Assembly: GCA_016867375.1 (NCBI GenBank)
Contig: VGJQ01000002.1
Location: forward strand, 368 to 64,367
Length of the DNA stretch: 64,000 nt
DNA from: Candidatus Kaiserbacteria bacterium
Lineage (GTDB): Bacteria; Patescibacteriota; Minisyncoccia; Phycocordibacterales; UBA2100
Reading direction: 5' to 3'
In this document: positions 1 through 8,976 of the stretch, one piece after another
How positions within the stretch are numbered: position 1 is the stretch's first letter
Layout: the number at the start of each line of letters is the position of its first letter
The notes under the pieces: generated by a model
What the model was told of the DNA's origin: nothing
Seen by the model: only the letters and a program-made list of their open reading frames with translations
Databases searched by the model: none
Translations under genes and position numbers: made by a program

Positions 1-71
1 AGCAAGCACCTCGACGACAACGACTACTGACACCAGCACGAGCACCGCGACCGCCATATGACCACTACTAA

Positions 72-160
72 GGGCTCGTCCACACATAACGTACCCGTTA
101 TGTGTGGACTATACTTATGGTCCCGTTCATTTAGTGTTGAACTCATTTATGAACGGGACC
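72..160 (+). mobile_element. MITE-like element, family 1 (modules A+B)
   Basis: Begins GGGCTCGTCCA after TAA (69-71) and ends TGAACGGGACC; has an internal hairpin; near-identical copies recur across the window. Confidence 0.85.
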
Positions 161-162
161 AA

Positions 163-214
163 AATGTCAAAAGTCAGACTTTCTACAAATGTAGAAAGTC
201 TGACTTTTGACATT
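163..214. repeat. REP doublet upstream of RAYT
   Basis: Perfect 25-bp inverted repeat with 2-nt loop; each arm carries the AAAGTC(A/T)GACTTT palindrome. Confidence 0.9.
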
Positions 215-234
215 CTTTCTGGTATACTTTTCGC

Positions 235-936
235 ATGCGGATAGAACCATACGGGATCGACTCATTTGTGCACGTAATGAAGCGTGGCGCGCGCGGACTA
301 CCCATCACGAGTGATATCGCGGATTGTTGGCGTTTTACCCGGCTCCTCTATCATATGAATGATGAATACAAATGTGACCCGTGGGAGAGAGATACTTTTG
401 GTATGGGGATTTTTGACAGGCCGAGCTCTTGGCCTGAACGTAGTCCTTTGGTAAAAGTACTCGCGTGGGTCCTGATGCCCAATCATTTCCATTTGGTATT
501 GAAAGAGATTCGTGAAGGAGGCGTATCAAAGTACATGCAGAAGATAGGTGGCAGTATGACGACTCACCATAATGCAAAACATGAAGAGAAGGGGAGTATA
601 TTTCAGGGTGCATTCAAGTCGCGGACGCTGGATGATGACTTCTACCTGAAACATGTCGCATCATACGTGATGGTGAAAAATGTTTTTGAGCTATATCCAG
701 GTGGATATGATCGTGCTGTTGCTGAGTTTGATAAGGCTTGGAAGTGGGCGGTAGAAGAATATCCGTTTTCGAGCCTTGCGGATTATGCGACCATGCGCAA
801 CTCGCCGATCCTAGAGAAAGACATCTTCGGTGAGTTGTTCCCGTCACCCGCTACGTTTAAAGCGCACTCAAAAGAAATGATAATGAACAGGACGGTGGAG
901 TCTCATACGGGGCTCTACAAAGCTGCGCTTGAGTAA
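235..936 (+). CDS. REP-associated tyrosine transposase (RAYT, Y1 HUH family)
   Basis: HVMKRG, LMPNHFHL (HUH motif), GSIFQGAFKS and YPFSS motifs; flanked by REP doublets. Confidence 0.9.
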   Translation: MRIEPYGIDSFVHVMKRGARGLPITSDIADCWRFTRLLYHMNDEYKCDPWERDTFGMGIFDRPSSWPERSPLVKVLAWVLMPNHFHLVLKEIREGGVSKYMQKIGGSMTTHHNAKHEEKGSIFQGAFKSRTLDDDFYLKHVASYVMVKNVFELYPGGYDRAVAEFDKAWKWAVEEYPFSSLADYATMRNSPILEKDIFGELFPSPATFKAHSKEMIMNRTVESHTGLYKAALE

Positions 937-939
937 TGC

Positions 940-1030
940 AAAATGTCAAAAGTCTGACTTTCTACATGGGACTCTGTCAAAAGTCAGACTTTTGACATTT
1001 TTCAGTGTCCTAGAGGCGTCGCCTCTAGGA
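940..1030. repeat. REP doublet downstream of RAYT plus an AGGCGTCGCCT palindrome
   Basis: 940-1001 repeats the 163-214 REP; 1008-1030 is TCCTAGAGGCGTCGCCTCTAGGA, related to 48848-48887. Confidence 0.85.
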
Positions 1031-1100
1031 TTTTGGCTTTTGGAGCAGTATCTCCTCAGTTAGTCTTTCTGTGGACGACGAAGTAGGGCATACTAGGGGG

Positions 1101-2465
1101 ATGAATTATCGAGTCGTCGGCGGCAAGGCATTGAAAGGCGAAGTCACTACCAATATCTCCAAGAATGCTGCGGTCGGCCTCCTTTGCGCTTCTCTATTAA
1201 ATAGAGGCACGACGACGCTCAAGCGCATGCCGCGTATCGAGGAGCTCAAGCGCCTCATCGAAGTAATGGAATCCATCGGCGTCGGTGTGAAATGGCAAGA
1301 TAATGGCCCCGTAAAAGACGGAGAACCGTCTCACGGGGCAGGCGATATGATCATCACGCCGCCTCAGCAGATCGACCTCTCTGGCATCAATCGCGCATCG
1401 GCCGAGCGGACGCGCTCTATTGCGATGTTTATCCCCGCGCTCGTGCATCGGCTTTCCTCGAACGAGCTCGGAACAAGCGGCAGCTTCGAGCTTCCGGCTC
1501 CCGGCGGATGCGATCTGGGCAAGCGCAGCCTCGGTGCGCATATCGATGCGCTCGCGCGTCTTGGTATCTATATCACTGCATCGGCAGACAAGAAGTCGTA
1601 CCATATAGAGGCTGCTGATCTGCGTCCAGCGGAGATCGTCATGTATGAGGCATCTGATACCGGAGTGGAAAATGTCCTCATGGCCGCCGCGCTCATACCG
1701 GGCGTGACCACGATCAAATTCGCAAGCGCCAACTACATGGTGCAAGACCTCTGCGTGTTCTTGGAAAGCTGTGGCGTGCGTATCGAAGGGATCGGCACCT
1801 CGACGCTCGTTGTGCATGGCGTCGATCGGATCGAAGGCGATATCACAGGCTATCCGAGCGAAGATCCGATCGAATCGATGTTTTTTATTTCACTTGCGGC
1901 GACGACGCGTTCGGAGATTGTCGTCAAGCGCTGCCCGATCGACTTTCTCGAACTTGAGCTCTATACGCTCGCGCAGATGGGACTCCGCTATAAGCGTTCG
2001 GCTCCGTATGTGGCAGAAAACGGCCGTACCGTGCTCGTCGATCTCACGATGAAGCCGTCTGATCTTGTAGCGCCGCCGGAAAAGATCGCACCTCGCCCGT
2101 ATCCCGGCATCAATATCGACAATCTGCCATTTTTTGTGCCCGTAGCGACACAGGCGACGGGGCGGACGCTCATCCACGATTGGGTATATGAGGGACGTGC
2201 TGTCCACTATATGGAGATGAAAAAGCTCGGTGCGGATATGGTGCTGGCTGATCCGCATCGCGTGTTTGTCACCGGCCCGACGCCGCTGAAAGCAGCTATC
2301 ATCGAGGCGCCGCCAGCCTTGCGGCCCGCGACGATTCTCCTCATTGGTATGCTTGCGGCGCAGGGGGAGTCCGAGCTCAAGAATGTGTATCCGATCAGTC
2401 GCGGATACGAGAATCTGCACGAGCGACTGCGGGCGATCGGGGCCTCCATCGAAGCGGTGGAATAA
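1101..2465 (+). CDS. murA: UDP-N-acetylglucosamine 1-carboxyvinyltransferase
   Basis: SKNAA, PGGCDLGKR, PYPG and RGYE motifs; ATG at 1101. Confidence 0.93.
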   Translation: MNYRVVGGKALKGEVTTNISKNAAVGLLCASLLNRGTTTLKRMPRIEELKRLIEVMESIGVGVKWQDNGPVKDGEPSHGAGDMIITPPQQIDLSGINRASAERTRSIAMFIPALVHRLSSNELGTSGSFELPAPGGCDLGKRSLGAHIDALARLGIYITASADKKSYHIEAADLRPAEIVMYEASDTGVENVLMAAALIPGVTTIKFASANYMVQDLCVFLESCGVRIEGIGTSTLVVHGVDRIEGDITGYPSEDPIESMFFISLAATTRSEIVVKRCPIDFLELELYTLAQMGLRYKRSAPYVAENGRTVLVDLTMKPSDLVAPPEKIAPRPYPGINIDNLPFFVPVATQATGRTLIHDWVYEGRAVHYMEMKKLGADMVLADPHRVFVTGPTPLKAAIIEAPPALRPATILLIGMLAAQGESELKNVYPISRGYENLHERLRAIGASIEAVE

Positions 2466-2496
2466 AAGGTCCACTAAGTATAGAATAGCCCCTATC

Positions 2497-2516
2497 GGGC
2501 ATGTGGCGGAATTGGT
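2497..2516 (+). pseudogene. 5' fragment of a tRNA-Leu-like gene
   Basis: GGGCATGTGGCGGAATTGGT matches 18/20 to the start of the tRNA at 2543. Confidence 0.55.
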
Positions 2517-2542
2517 CTGTTCAGTATTTTCCTGTCTTGAGT

Positions 2543-2624
2543 GGGCGTGTGGCGAAATTGGTACACGCGTACGTCTCAGAAGCGTATCCCGCAAGGGTTG
2601 GGAGTTCGAGTCTCCCCACGCCCA
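2543..2624 (+). tRNA. tRNA-Leu(CAG)
   Basis: Acceptor GGGCGTG/CACGCCC, anticodon arm TACGT-CTCAGAA-GCGTA, long variable arm, T arm GGGAG-TTCGAGT-CTCCC; CCA not encoded. Confidence 0.95.
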
Positions 2625-2676
2625 CTCAGAACAGGATGGCGTACGTCGGAGATGCGTATGGGAAAACCAGTGGGAG

Positions 2677-3759
2677 CTATTTGTGTGCCGAGAGTACCTT
2701 GTGTATGCGCACTGAGAATTGGGTGCCTTTGCCTTCTTCGGATTTGACCATCACCTCGGCGCCGTGTTCGTTGAAGATATTTTTGGCGACGTAGAGTCCG
2801 AGACCCGAGCCATCGGGACGCATCTTCATCGCGACTTTGCCGCGGTGCATCTTGCCAAAGAGATTGGCCAGGTCTTCTTGTGACATGCCGATGCCCGTAT
2901 CCTTGATGGTGATATCGACAAACTCATCGACTTGTGTGATTGAGATAGATACCGTGCCGCCCGAGGGTGTGTATTCGATCGCGTTGGAGAGTACGTTGGA
3001 AAGTGCGATCGAGATGCGATCGGCGTCTGCAAGTACCGGCGGGATATCTGGCGCACTTTCGAATACCAATTTGACTCCGCGGCTGTCAGCGTGGCTTCGC
3101 GTTGATTCGACGAGCTTTTCTACGATGGGCTTCAGATCGGCTTCTGCAAATACGTATCCGAAACGGCCCTCACCGATGCGTGCGGCATTAATGATATCTT
3201 GGACGGTCCCCGATATGCGCGCAACAGCACCAGTCACCTCGGTGGGGACCTGTACAGTCTCAAGCGACCATTTGAGCTGGGTGAGCGCGGTGCGCAGCTG
3301 GTGTTCGATGAGTGTGATGGTGTCGCTTTTGTGTTGGAGTAGCTCGCGTTCGTGTTCGCCTGCTTGCCAGATGGCTGAGATAGCTGCGCTCATTGATTGC
3401 GCCATGTTGCCTATTTCATCGGATGATTGTACCGGCGGGGGAGACACACGTTCGTAATTTACATCACGCGACTGTTTGAACCATGTAAGGAGTGTATGCA
3501 CGGGATGTATAAACAAAAAATGTGTGACTGCGAGGAGATATAAAGACCAGATGGTCAGGAGAATGAGTGCTCGGGAGAGATCTGCGTGCGTCTGAAAGAA
3601 TGGTACAAAAAACAGCAGTGTGCTGAGAATTCCGATGCCAAGGAGCATAAAAAGGAGAAGCTTGACGGAGAGGGGGAAGAGTCTGCGGGGACGCGTCACG
3701 GTTTGCGATGTGGATGGGGGAGTCGAGATACGGACGCCCTGCTCAATCTGGTCTGCCAT
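2677..3759 (-). CDS. membrane-bound sensor histidine kinase (HAMP, HisKA, HATPase)
   Basis: Two TM segments, EHQLRT H-box, NAIEY N-box, DTGIG and GSGLGL G-boxes. Confidence 0.9.
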   Translation of the reverse strand: MADQIEQGVRISTPPSTSQTVTRPRRLFPLSVKLLLFMLLGIGILSTLLFFVPFFQTHADLSRALILLTIWSLYLLAVTHFLFIHPVHTLLTWFKQSRDVNYERVSPPPVQSSDEIGNMAQSMSAAISAIWQAGEHERELLQHKSDTITLIEHQLRTALTQLKWSLETVQVPTEVTGAVARISGTVQDIINAARIGEGRFGYVFAEADLKPIVEKLVESTRSHADSRGVKLVFESAPDIPPVLADADRISIALSNVLSNAIEYTPSGGTVSISITQVDEFVDITIKDTGIGMSQEDLANLFGKMHRGKVAMKMRPDGSGLGLYVAKNIFNEHGAEVMVKSEEGKGTQFSVRIHKVLSAHK

Positions 3760-3824
3760 ATATTGTCAATTCTACCATTCTCCGCGTACTATCCGTGGGT
3801 ATAAGGACGGGGTATATTGTGCAT

Positions 3825-5168
3825 ATGGAAGGTTATCGAAGCTTTTTTGAGGGCAAGAAAGTCACCGTCATGGGGCTCGGTCTCTTGGGTCGTGCGGCGG
3901 GCGATGCGGCATTCATCGCGAGCTGTGGTGCGCAAGTCCTCGTCACTGATATGAAGACGCGCGAAGCGCTCGCTGCATCGGTGGTGCGGCTTGAGCAGTA
4001 TCCGAATATTTCTTTCCGCCTCGGCGAGCATAGGGAGGAGGATTTCACTTCATGCGACATGGTGATCAAGGCTGCCGGTGTGCGGCTTGATTCGCCCTAC
4101 ATCGCGGCGGCGCGCGCGGCTGGGGTACCGGTGTACATGTCGACGGCGCTTTTTGCGAAATGCGCCTCTGATGTCGGAGCGCAGATCGTCGGTATCACCG
4201 GCACGCGCGGCAAATCGACCGTGACAAATATGATATATCATGTCCTAACTCACACGAAGCTGCTTCGTGTATTTTTGGGTGGCAACGTGCGCGGGGTCTC
4301 GACGCTCGCGATGCTGCCGGAGGTGAAAGCGGGCGACGTCGCAGTGCTTGAGCTCGACTCGTGGCAGCTGCAGGGATTTGGTGATTTGCAGATCAGTCCG
4401 CATGTCGCAGTATTTACGAATCTTCTGCCCGATCATCAAAATTACTATAAGGACATGGATGAGTATTTTGCCGACAAGGCGAATATTTTTCGGAATCAGA
4501 AGGTGGGAGATACGTTGGTAGTAGGCGAGCAGGTCGCGGGGCGCGTGCGGGCGGCACAACCGCCTTTAGAGGCGGTTGTGCCGCCCGCACTCCCGGATGA
4601 CTGGCACCTGTGCATGCCAGGCATGCACAACCGCGAAAATGCCGCGCTTGCTAAAGCAGCGCTTGAAGCGCTCGGTATTCCCGAGACGACTATCCAAGAA
4701 AGCCTTGAATCATTTACCGGAGTCGAAGGCCGCCTCCAATTCGTCCGCGAGATCAGGGGTGTCAAAATCTACAACGACAACAATGCCACGACGCCCGATG
4801 CGACGATTGCCGCACTGCGCGCGCTGACAGCCCCTCGACTAAGCTCGGGACATAATCAAGATAAAAATATTATTTTGATTATGGGTGGGGCTGACAAAGG
4901 GCTTGATATGAACAATCTGCTCTATGAAATCGCGGGGAGCTGCAAGCGTGTAATCCTGCTCGCAGGTACCGGCAGCAGTCGCATCGCACCTCTGATGCAA
5001 GATGTGTCTGTCTATGATGATTTTGAGCAGGCAGTCCACGAGGCGGTGGGTAGTGCACAGGGAGGCGACACCATCCTATTTAGCCCGGCCTTTGCCTCAT
5101 TTGGTATGTTCAAAAACGAATACGATCGCAATGATCGGTTTTTGTCCCTCGTGGAACATATAGTATGA
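3825..5168 (+). CDS. murD: UDP-N-acetylmuramoyl-L-alanine--D-glutamate ligase
   Basis: GLGLLG, GITGTRGKST, LELDSWQL, IMGGADK and FSPAFASF motifs. Confidence 0.93.
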   Translation: MEGYRSFFEGKKVTVMGLGLLGRAAGDAAFIASCGAQVLVTDMKTREALAASVVRLEQYPNISFRLGEHREEDFTSCDMVIKAAGVRLDSPYIAAARAAGVPVYMSTALFAKCASDVGAQIVGITGTRGKSTVTNMIYHVLTHTKLLRVFLGGNVRGVSTLAMLPEVKAGDVAVLELDSWQLQGFGDLQISPHVAVFTNLLPDHQNYYKDMDEYFADKANIFRNQKVGDTLVVGEQVAGRVRAAQPPLEAVVPPALPDDWHLCMPGMHNRENAALAKAALEALGIPETTIQESLESFTGVEGRLQFVREIRGVKIYNDNNATTPDATIAALRALTAPRLSSGHNQDKNIILIMGGADKGLDMNNLLYEIAGSCKRVILLAGTGSSRIAPLMQDVSVYDDFEQAVHEAVGSAQGGDTILFSPAFASFGMFKNEYDRNDRFLSLVEHIV

Positions 5169-5198
5169 TCACACAAGAGATGTACCGGGAGTATTCGA

Positions 5199-5396
5199 AT
5201 GTCAGGACAAGAATCCAAATCAAATAATGCTTCACTGGACGATCTTGAGCGTATCCTTAATGCGCCGTTTTCATATACAGAGAAAGAACTTGCTGAAGCA
5301 CGGGCGGCGCTTGAGCGCATACGCGCATATAAGCCGGTTCCGGCGGAAGAGTGGGCGGAACGTTTGGCCAAAGATCTCGCCAAGTTCACCGATTAG
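5199..5396 (+). CDS. small hypothetical protein
   Basis: 65-aa charged helical ORF directly after murD. Confidence 0.6.
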   Translation: MSGQESKSNNASLDDLERILNAPFSYTEKELAEARAALERIRAYKPVPAEEWAERLAKDLAKFTD

Positions 5397-5453
5397 ACAA
5401 CGAGCCCCCAACGAGCCCCGAACGTTTGGGGCTCGTTTCTTTACGAGTTTTGG

Positions 5454-5579
5454 TTCACGCACTGAAGGGAGAGGTGCGACAGCTCACCAACCTTAATTTT
5501 TTGTGTCGCACTCGGCATCGCTGTATCCACCGAAGTTGGTGCAGTGGAGCTAGCCGATACTCTCCCTTCAATACGCGAA
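5454..5579 (-). ncRNA. candidate structured RNA: three-way junction with kissing loops
   Basis: 20-bp closing stem and two hairpins whose loops are complementary; plus-strand A-C mismatches become G-U pairs on the minus strand. Confidence 0.55.
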
Positions 5580-5600
5580 TAAAGAGCGAGGGAAGATTAC

Positions 5601-5625
5601 AAAAAGCCGCCTCCGAAGAGGCGGC
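5601..5625 (-). terminator. intrinsic terminator
   Basis: Minus strand reads GCCGCCTC-TTCG-GAGGCGGC-TTTTT. Confidence 0.7.
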
Positions 5626-5639
5626 CCTTTGCCTTCTCA

Positions 5640-5810
5640 GGTTGAGCCGAGAAACGGAATTGCCATCCCAGTAAAGAAATGTTAGCGCCCCTATCAATTT
5701 TTGTCAAGGTTTATTAAAATGTGGATAATCCGCTGCGGGTTGTGGAGGTGACGGGATTCGAACCCGCGAGAATTGGGATGGCAATTCCATTCCCGGACCA
5801 ACCCACCCCC
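5640..5810 (-). ncRNA. tRNA-like (permuted tmRNA- or Y-RNA-like) structured RNA
   Basis: T arm GCGGG-TTCGAAT-CCCGT, acceptor strand CACCTCC-A with G3-U70 geometry, and a ~30-bp helix between 5640-5670 and 5774-5803. Confidence 0.5.
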
Positions 5811-5852
5811 ACAACGGCGAGAGTATATCGTGAAGAACTTATAAGACAGACC

Positions 5853-7211
5853 ATGGATTACAAAAAAGTATATTTTATAGGTATCGGTGGGATCGGCATG
5901 TCTGGACTCGCGCAACTTCTGGTGCAGCAGGGCAAACAGGTGAGCGGCTCCGATAGGGAAGAATCGCCGACGACGGAGATGCTCGCGCGCAAAGGTATCA
6001 GTGTGACGATCGGGCAAACTGCGGACAATGTCGCACTGGATACAGACCTCGTGATCTACAGCGATGCGGTGTATGCCGACAATCCAGAGCGCATGCGCGC
6101 GGCGGACATGGGCATACCGCAATATTCATATTTCGAGGCACTCGGTGAAGTGTCGCGTAGTATGCGCACGATCGCCGTGGCGGGCACGCACGGCAAGACG
6201 ACCACCACTGGCATGCTCGCCAAGATGTTGTCGGATGCGGCGGTCGAGCCGACCGCAATCATCGGATCGATCGTACGCGATTTCGAATCCAACTACCTGC
6301 CCGGCAGACCCGATCTCTTTGTGGTAGAAGCATGCGAGTATAGGGATCACATCCTCAAACTCTCGCCCGAAATACTCGTCATCACCAATGTCGAGCTCGA
6401 TCACACCGACTATTTTCCCGACCTCGCCGCGCTCCAAGAGACGTTTCGCATTGCGGCAGAAAAAGTCCCCTCCTTCGCTCAAGCTTCGGAGGGCGGGCCT
6501 GCACAGGGCGGTGTCATTGTGACGAACCCAAGTGATCCCAATATCGCCCCCATTCTTCAAAATGTTACGGCAAAGGTGATCGATTACACTCAGGTACACA
6601 CACCGACGCTGCAGCTCATCGGCGAGTTTAATCGCGAGAATGCACAGGCGGCCAAGGCTGCGGCCTTGGCCGCATTTCCCGACCTCGACGAGCGCACGAT
6701 CGACGAATCACTCTCGTCATATCGAGGCGCATGGCGCCGATTTGAATACCGCGGCAAGACGCCGTCAGGTGCACTCGTCTACGACGACTACGCACATCAT
6801 CCGACCGCGATCATGAAGACGATCGAAGCAGCGCGCGCACGTTTTCCCGGCAAAAAGATAGTGGTCGCATTTCACCCTCACCTCTACAGCCGCACGAAGT
6901 CACTCATACATGAGTTTGCGGCAGCGCTTGCGACAGCCGATTTCGCTATCGTCGCACCCATCTACGCCGCGCGTGAAGCACTTGATCCGACTGTATCCAA
7001 CCATATTCTCGCAAAGCTCATCAATAGTACGATGCGGCAGGGGTACAAGTCAGACTTGTGCCTTGGCACAAGTCTGACTTGTGCCCCTGCAATCGCGATC
7101 GACTCATTCGACGAGATCCGCGATCGACTCCTGCAGGAAGGCGAAGACGCACTCATTATCACTATGGGCGCAGGGGATATTTATAAAGTAGCGCAGCAAA
7201 TCGCTGATTAG
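5853..7211 (+). CDS. murC: UDP-N-acetylmuramate--L-alanine ligase
   Basis: IGIGGIGMSG, AGTHGKTTT, VEACE, DDYAHHP and MGAGDI motifs; true start at ATG 5853. Confidence 0.94.
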   Translation: MDYKKVYFIGIGGIGMSGLAQLLVQQGKQVSGSDREESPTTEMLARKGISVTIGQTADNVALDTDLVIYSDAVYADNPERMRAADMGIPQYSYFEALGEVSRSMRTIAVAGTHGKTTTTGMLAKMLSDAAVEPTAIIGSIVRDFESNYLPGRPDLFVVEACEYRDHILKLSPEILVITNVELDHTDYFPDLAALQETFRIAAEKVPSFAQASEGGPAQGGVIVTNPSDPNIAPILQNVTAKVIDYTQVHTPTLQLIGEFNRENAQAAKAAALAAFPDLDERTIDESLSSYRGAWRRFEYRGKTPSGALVYDDYAHHPTAIMKTIEAARARFPGKKIVVAFHPHLYSRTKSLIHEFAAALATADFAIVAPIYAAREALDPTVSNHILAKLINSTMRQGYKSDLCLGTSLTCAPAIAIDSFDEIRDRLLQEGEDALIITMGAGDIYKVAQQIAD

Positions 7212-7214
7212 AAT

Positions 7215-7427
7215 ATGCAATCAGAAACGCATGTACGCACGCTTACCAAGACCATCGTCTGGCGCATCATCGCGACCTGTATTTCAATCGGTATTATATA
7301 TTCATTCACTGGCGCACTAGAGCAATCGGTGGAGATATCGCTTGTCGGGGCATTGATCGGTATGGCCACCTACTACCTACACGAACGATTTTGGAACAAA
7401 GTGCAGTGGGGGAGGGTGGAGAAATAA
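7215..7427 (+). CDS. DUF2061-like small membrane protein
   Basis: KTIVWRI...YYLHERFW..V.WG signature. Confidence 0.75.
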   Translation: MQSETHVRTLTKTIVWRIIATCISIGIIYSFTGALEQSVEISLVGALIGMATYYLHERFWNKVQWGRVEK

Positions 7428-7431
7428 AAAG

Positions 7432-7463
7432 AAGCGGCCATCGGAATGTCCGATGGCCGCTTT
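7432..7463. terminator. bidirectional intrinsic terminator
   Basis: AAGCGGCCATCGGA-ATG-TCCGATGGCCGCTT between convergent genes. Confidence 0.7.
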
Positions 7464-7476
7464 GATTCAAGCCCGC

Positions 7477-7749
7477 TTACCCAGCGAAAAGTGGAAAATG
7501 ATTCATTTCTCCAATGAGGAGGGTAAGCCCTAGAAGCGCCACTCCGCCAATGAAGACGTACATTCCCGCAAGCGATCGTTCCTTGATGCGTCGATACTCC
7601 GTGTATCCCCAGGATCTTATCTCGGGATATGTCCTGCCGAGATACCCTAAGTAAGCGTCCGCAAAGAGGGAATCGACAATTAAGATGATTCCGATCAATG
7701 TGGTGAAGCCGGTGATCAGACTTGCGATCACAAAAATCATGAAGCCCAT
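7477..7749 (-). CDS. hypothetical membrane protein
   Basis: Two hydrophobic segments; AGGAGA RBS upstream. Confidence 0.65.
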   Translation of the reverse strand: MGFMIFVIASLITGFTTLIGIILIVDSLFADAYLGYLGRTYPEIRSWGYTEYRRIKERSLAGMYVFIGGVALLGLTLLIGEMNHFPLFAG

Positions 7750-7822
7750 GTCGTGTCTCCTGTAGTATGGGGCGAATGCCCGCAGATTGACCTAGGGGTG
7801 ATTAAATACTATAGTCTTATCA

Positions 7823-8572
7823 ATGTCAAGCGGAATATTGAGCATCGTCGCGACCCCCATAGGCAATCTCGAAGACATCACGCTTCGGGCACTGCGCACG
7901 CTACGCGAGGCCGATGTTGTCTTTGCCGAGGATACGCGGGTGGCTGCTAAGCTCTTGGCCCACCACGAGATCAAGGTACCGGTCCATCGGTGTGATGCAG
8001 AGGTGGAGGCCAAGGTCGCCACAGAGGTGGGCCTCCGGCTCGAGCGTGGCGAGCGTGTCGTATACATCTCCGATGCGGGGACGCCAGGGCTTTCGGACCC
8101 GGGCTCGCGGCTCGTGGCGCACGTGCGTAGTGCAATGGGCACCATTGCACCAACAGGCGGAAGCGCAAAAAGTGTTTCCTCTGCGCCGCCCCCATTTACA
8201 ATCGAAGCCATCCCGGGCCCCTCGGCACTGACCGCACTCATTTCAATCGCCGGTATCAATGAACCATCGTTCACCTTTCTCGGATTCTTGCCACATAAGA
8301 AAGGTCGTCAGACCGCACTCAAAAAGATCGCCGCATTGGTTCGATCAGACTCACCACAGGCAGGACATCCGGTCGTGCTCTATGAATCGCCGCATCGCAT
8401 CATCAAGCTCCTCAAAGAGCTATCACAATTCACGCCGGACAAGCACGTCGTCATCGGTCGCGAGCTGACGAAAATGCACGAGGAAGTCATATCCGGCACC
8501 CCAGCGGAAGCGATCTATTCGCTCGAGTCTCGCAATGCCGTACGCGGTGAATTCGTCGTCATCGTGTTCTAA
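7823..8572 (+). CDS. rsmI: 16S rRNA (cytidine1402-2'-O)-methyltransferase
   Basis: ATPIGNLEDIT, AEDTR, SDAGTPGLSDPG, YESPHR and RELTK motifs. Confidence 0.94.
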   Translation: MSSGILSIVATPIGNLEDITLRALRTLREADVVFAEDTRVAAKLLAHHEIKVPVHRCDAEVEAKVATEVGLRLERGERVVYISDAGTPGLSDPGSRLVAHVRSAMGTIAPTGGSAKSVSSAPPPFTIEAIPGPSALTALISIAGINEPSFTFLGFLPHKKGRQTALKKIAALVRSDSPQAGHPVVLYESPHRIIKLLKELSQFTPDKHVVIGRELTKMHEEVISGTPAEAIYSLESRNAVRGEFVVIVF

Positions 8573-8635
8573 GGCTAAGCCTTAGAACACCTATTGCATT
8601 TCTTCTCTATTGGCTATACCCTAATCACTATCCAT

Positions 8636-8866
8636 ATGACTCTTGATGCAGTAATAATGCTCGTCGGCGCCATCGTCGCTATCCTGCCTTTCCTAGGTTT
8701 CCCGAGTAGCTGGGATTCCGTCTTGTACTTTATCCTCGGCGTGATCGTCATCGCGCTTGGGATCGTCGTCCGTCGCCGCAGCGCACATACGACGTCCGAT
8801 GCCAAACGTGTGTCTGCCAAAGACACCTACGTCGAGGCTGTCCCGTCCTCACGCGATATCACATAA
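8636..8866 (+). CDS. small two-TM membrane protein
   Basis: LPFLGFP motif, two TM helices, basic tail. Confidence 0.65.
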   Translation: MTLDAVIMLVGAIVAILPFLGFPSSWDSVLYFILGVIVIALGIVVRRRSAHTTSDAKRVSAKDTYVEAVPSSRDIT

Positions 8867-8976
8867 GGGTTCACCCACACACAACGCACCCGCTGTGCGT
8901 GGCGGCCACCTATAGGCTCGTTCATTTTGTGTTGTGTTGGTGGAAAAAATCTCGCTTTGCGGGGTATACTAGTAGT

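Noticed and set aside
1-61. Thr/Ser-rich 3' end of an upstream gene
   Set aside because: Only about 19 codons are visible, too little to call.
5743-5810. Canonical tRNA-Ala(TGC)
   Set aside because: The acceptor and T arms are good, but there is no proper D arm and only a 3-bp anticodon stem; reported as a tRNA-like RNA instead.
5721-5852. N-terminal extension of murC in the ORF track (similar cases at 3708, 8899, 22963, 27377, 32415, 33178)
   Set aside because: The extensions run through ncRNA, MITE or neighbouring-gene sequence; conserved domains begin at downstream ATGs.
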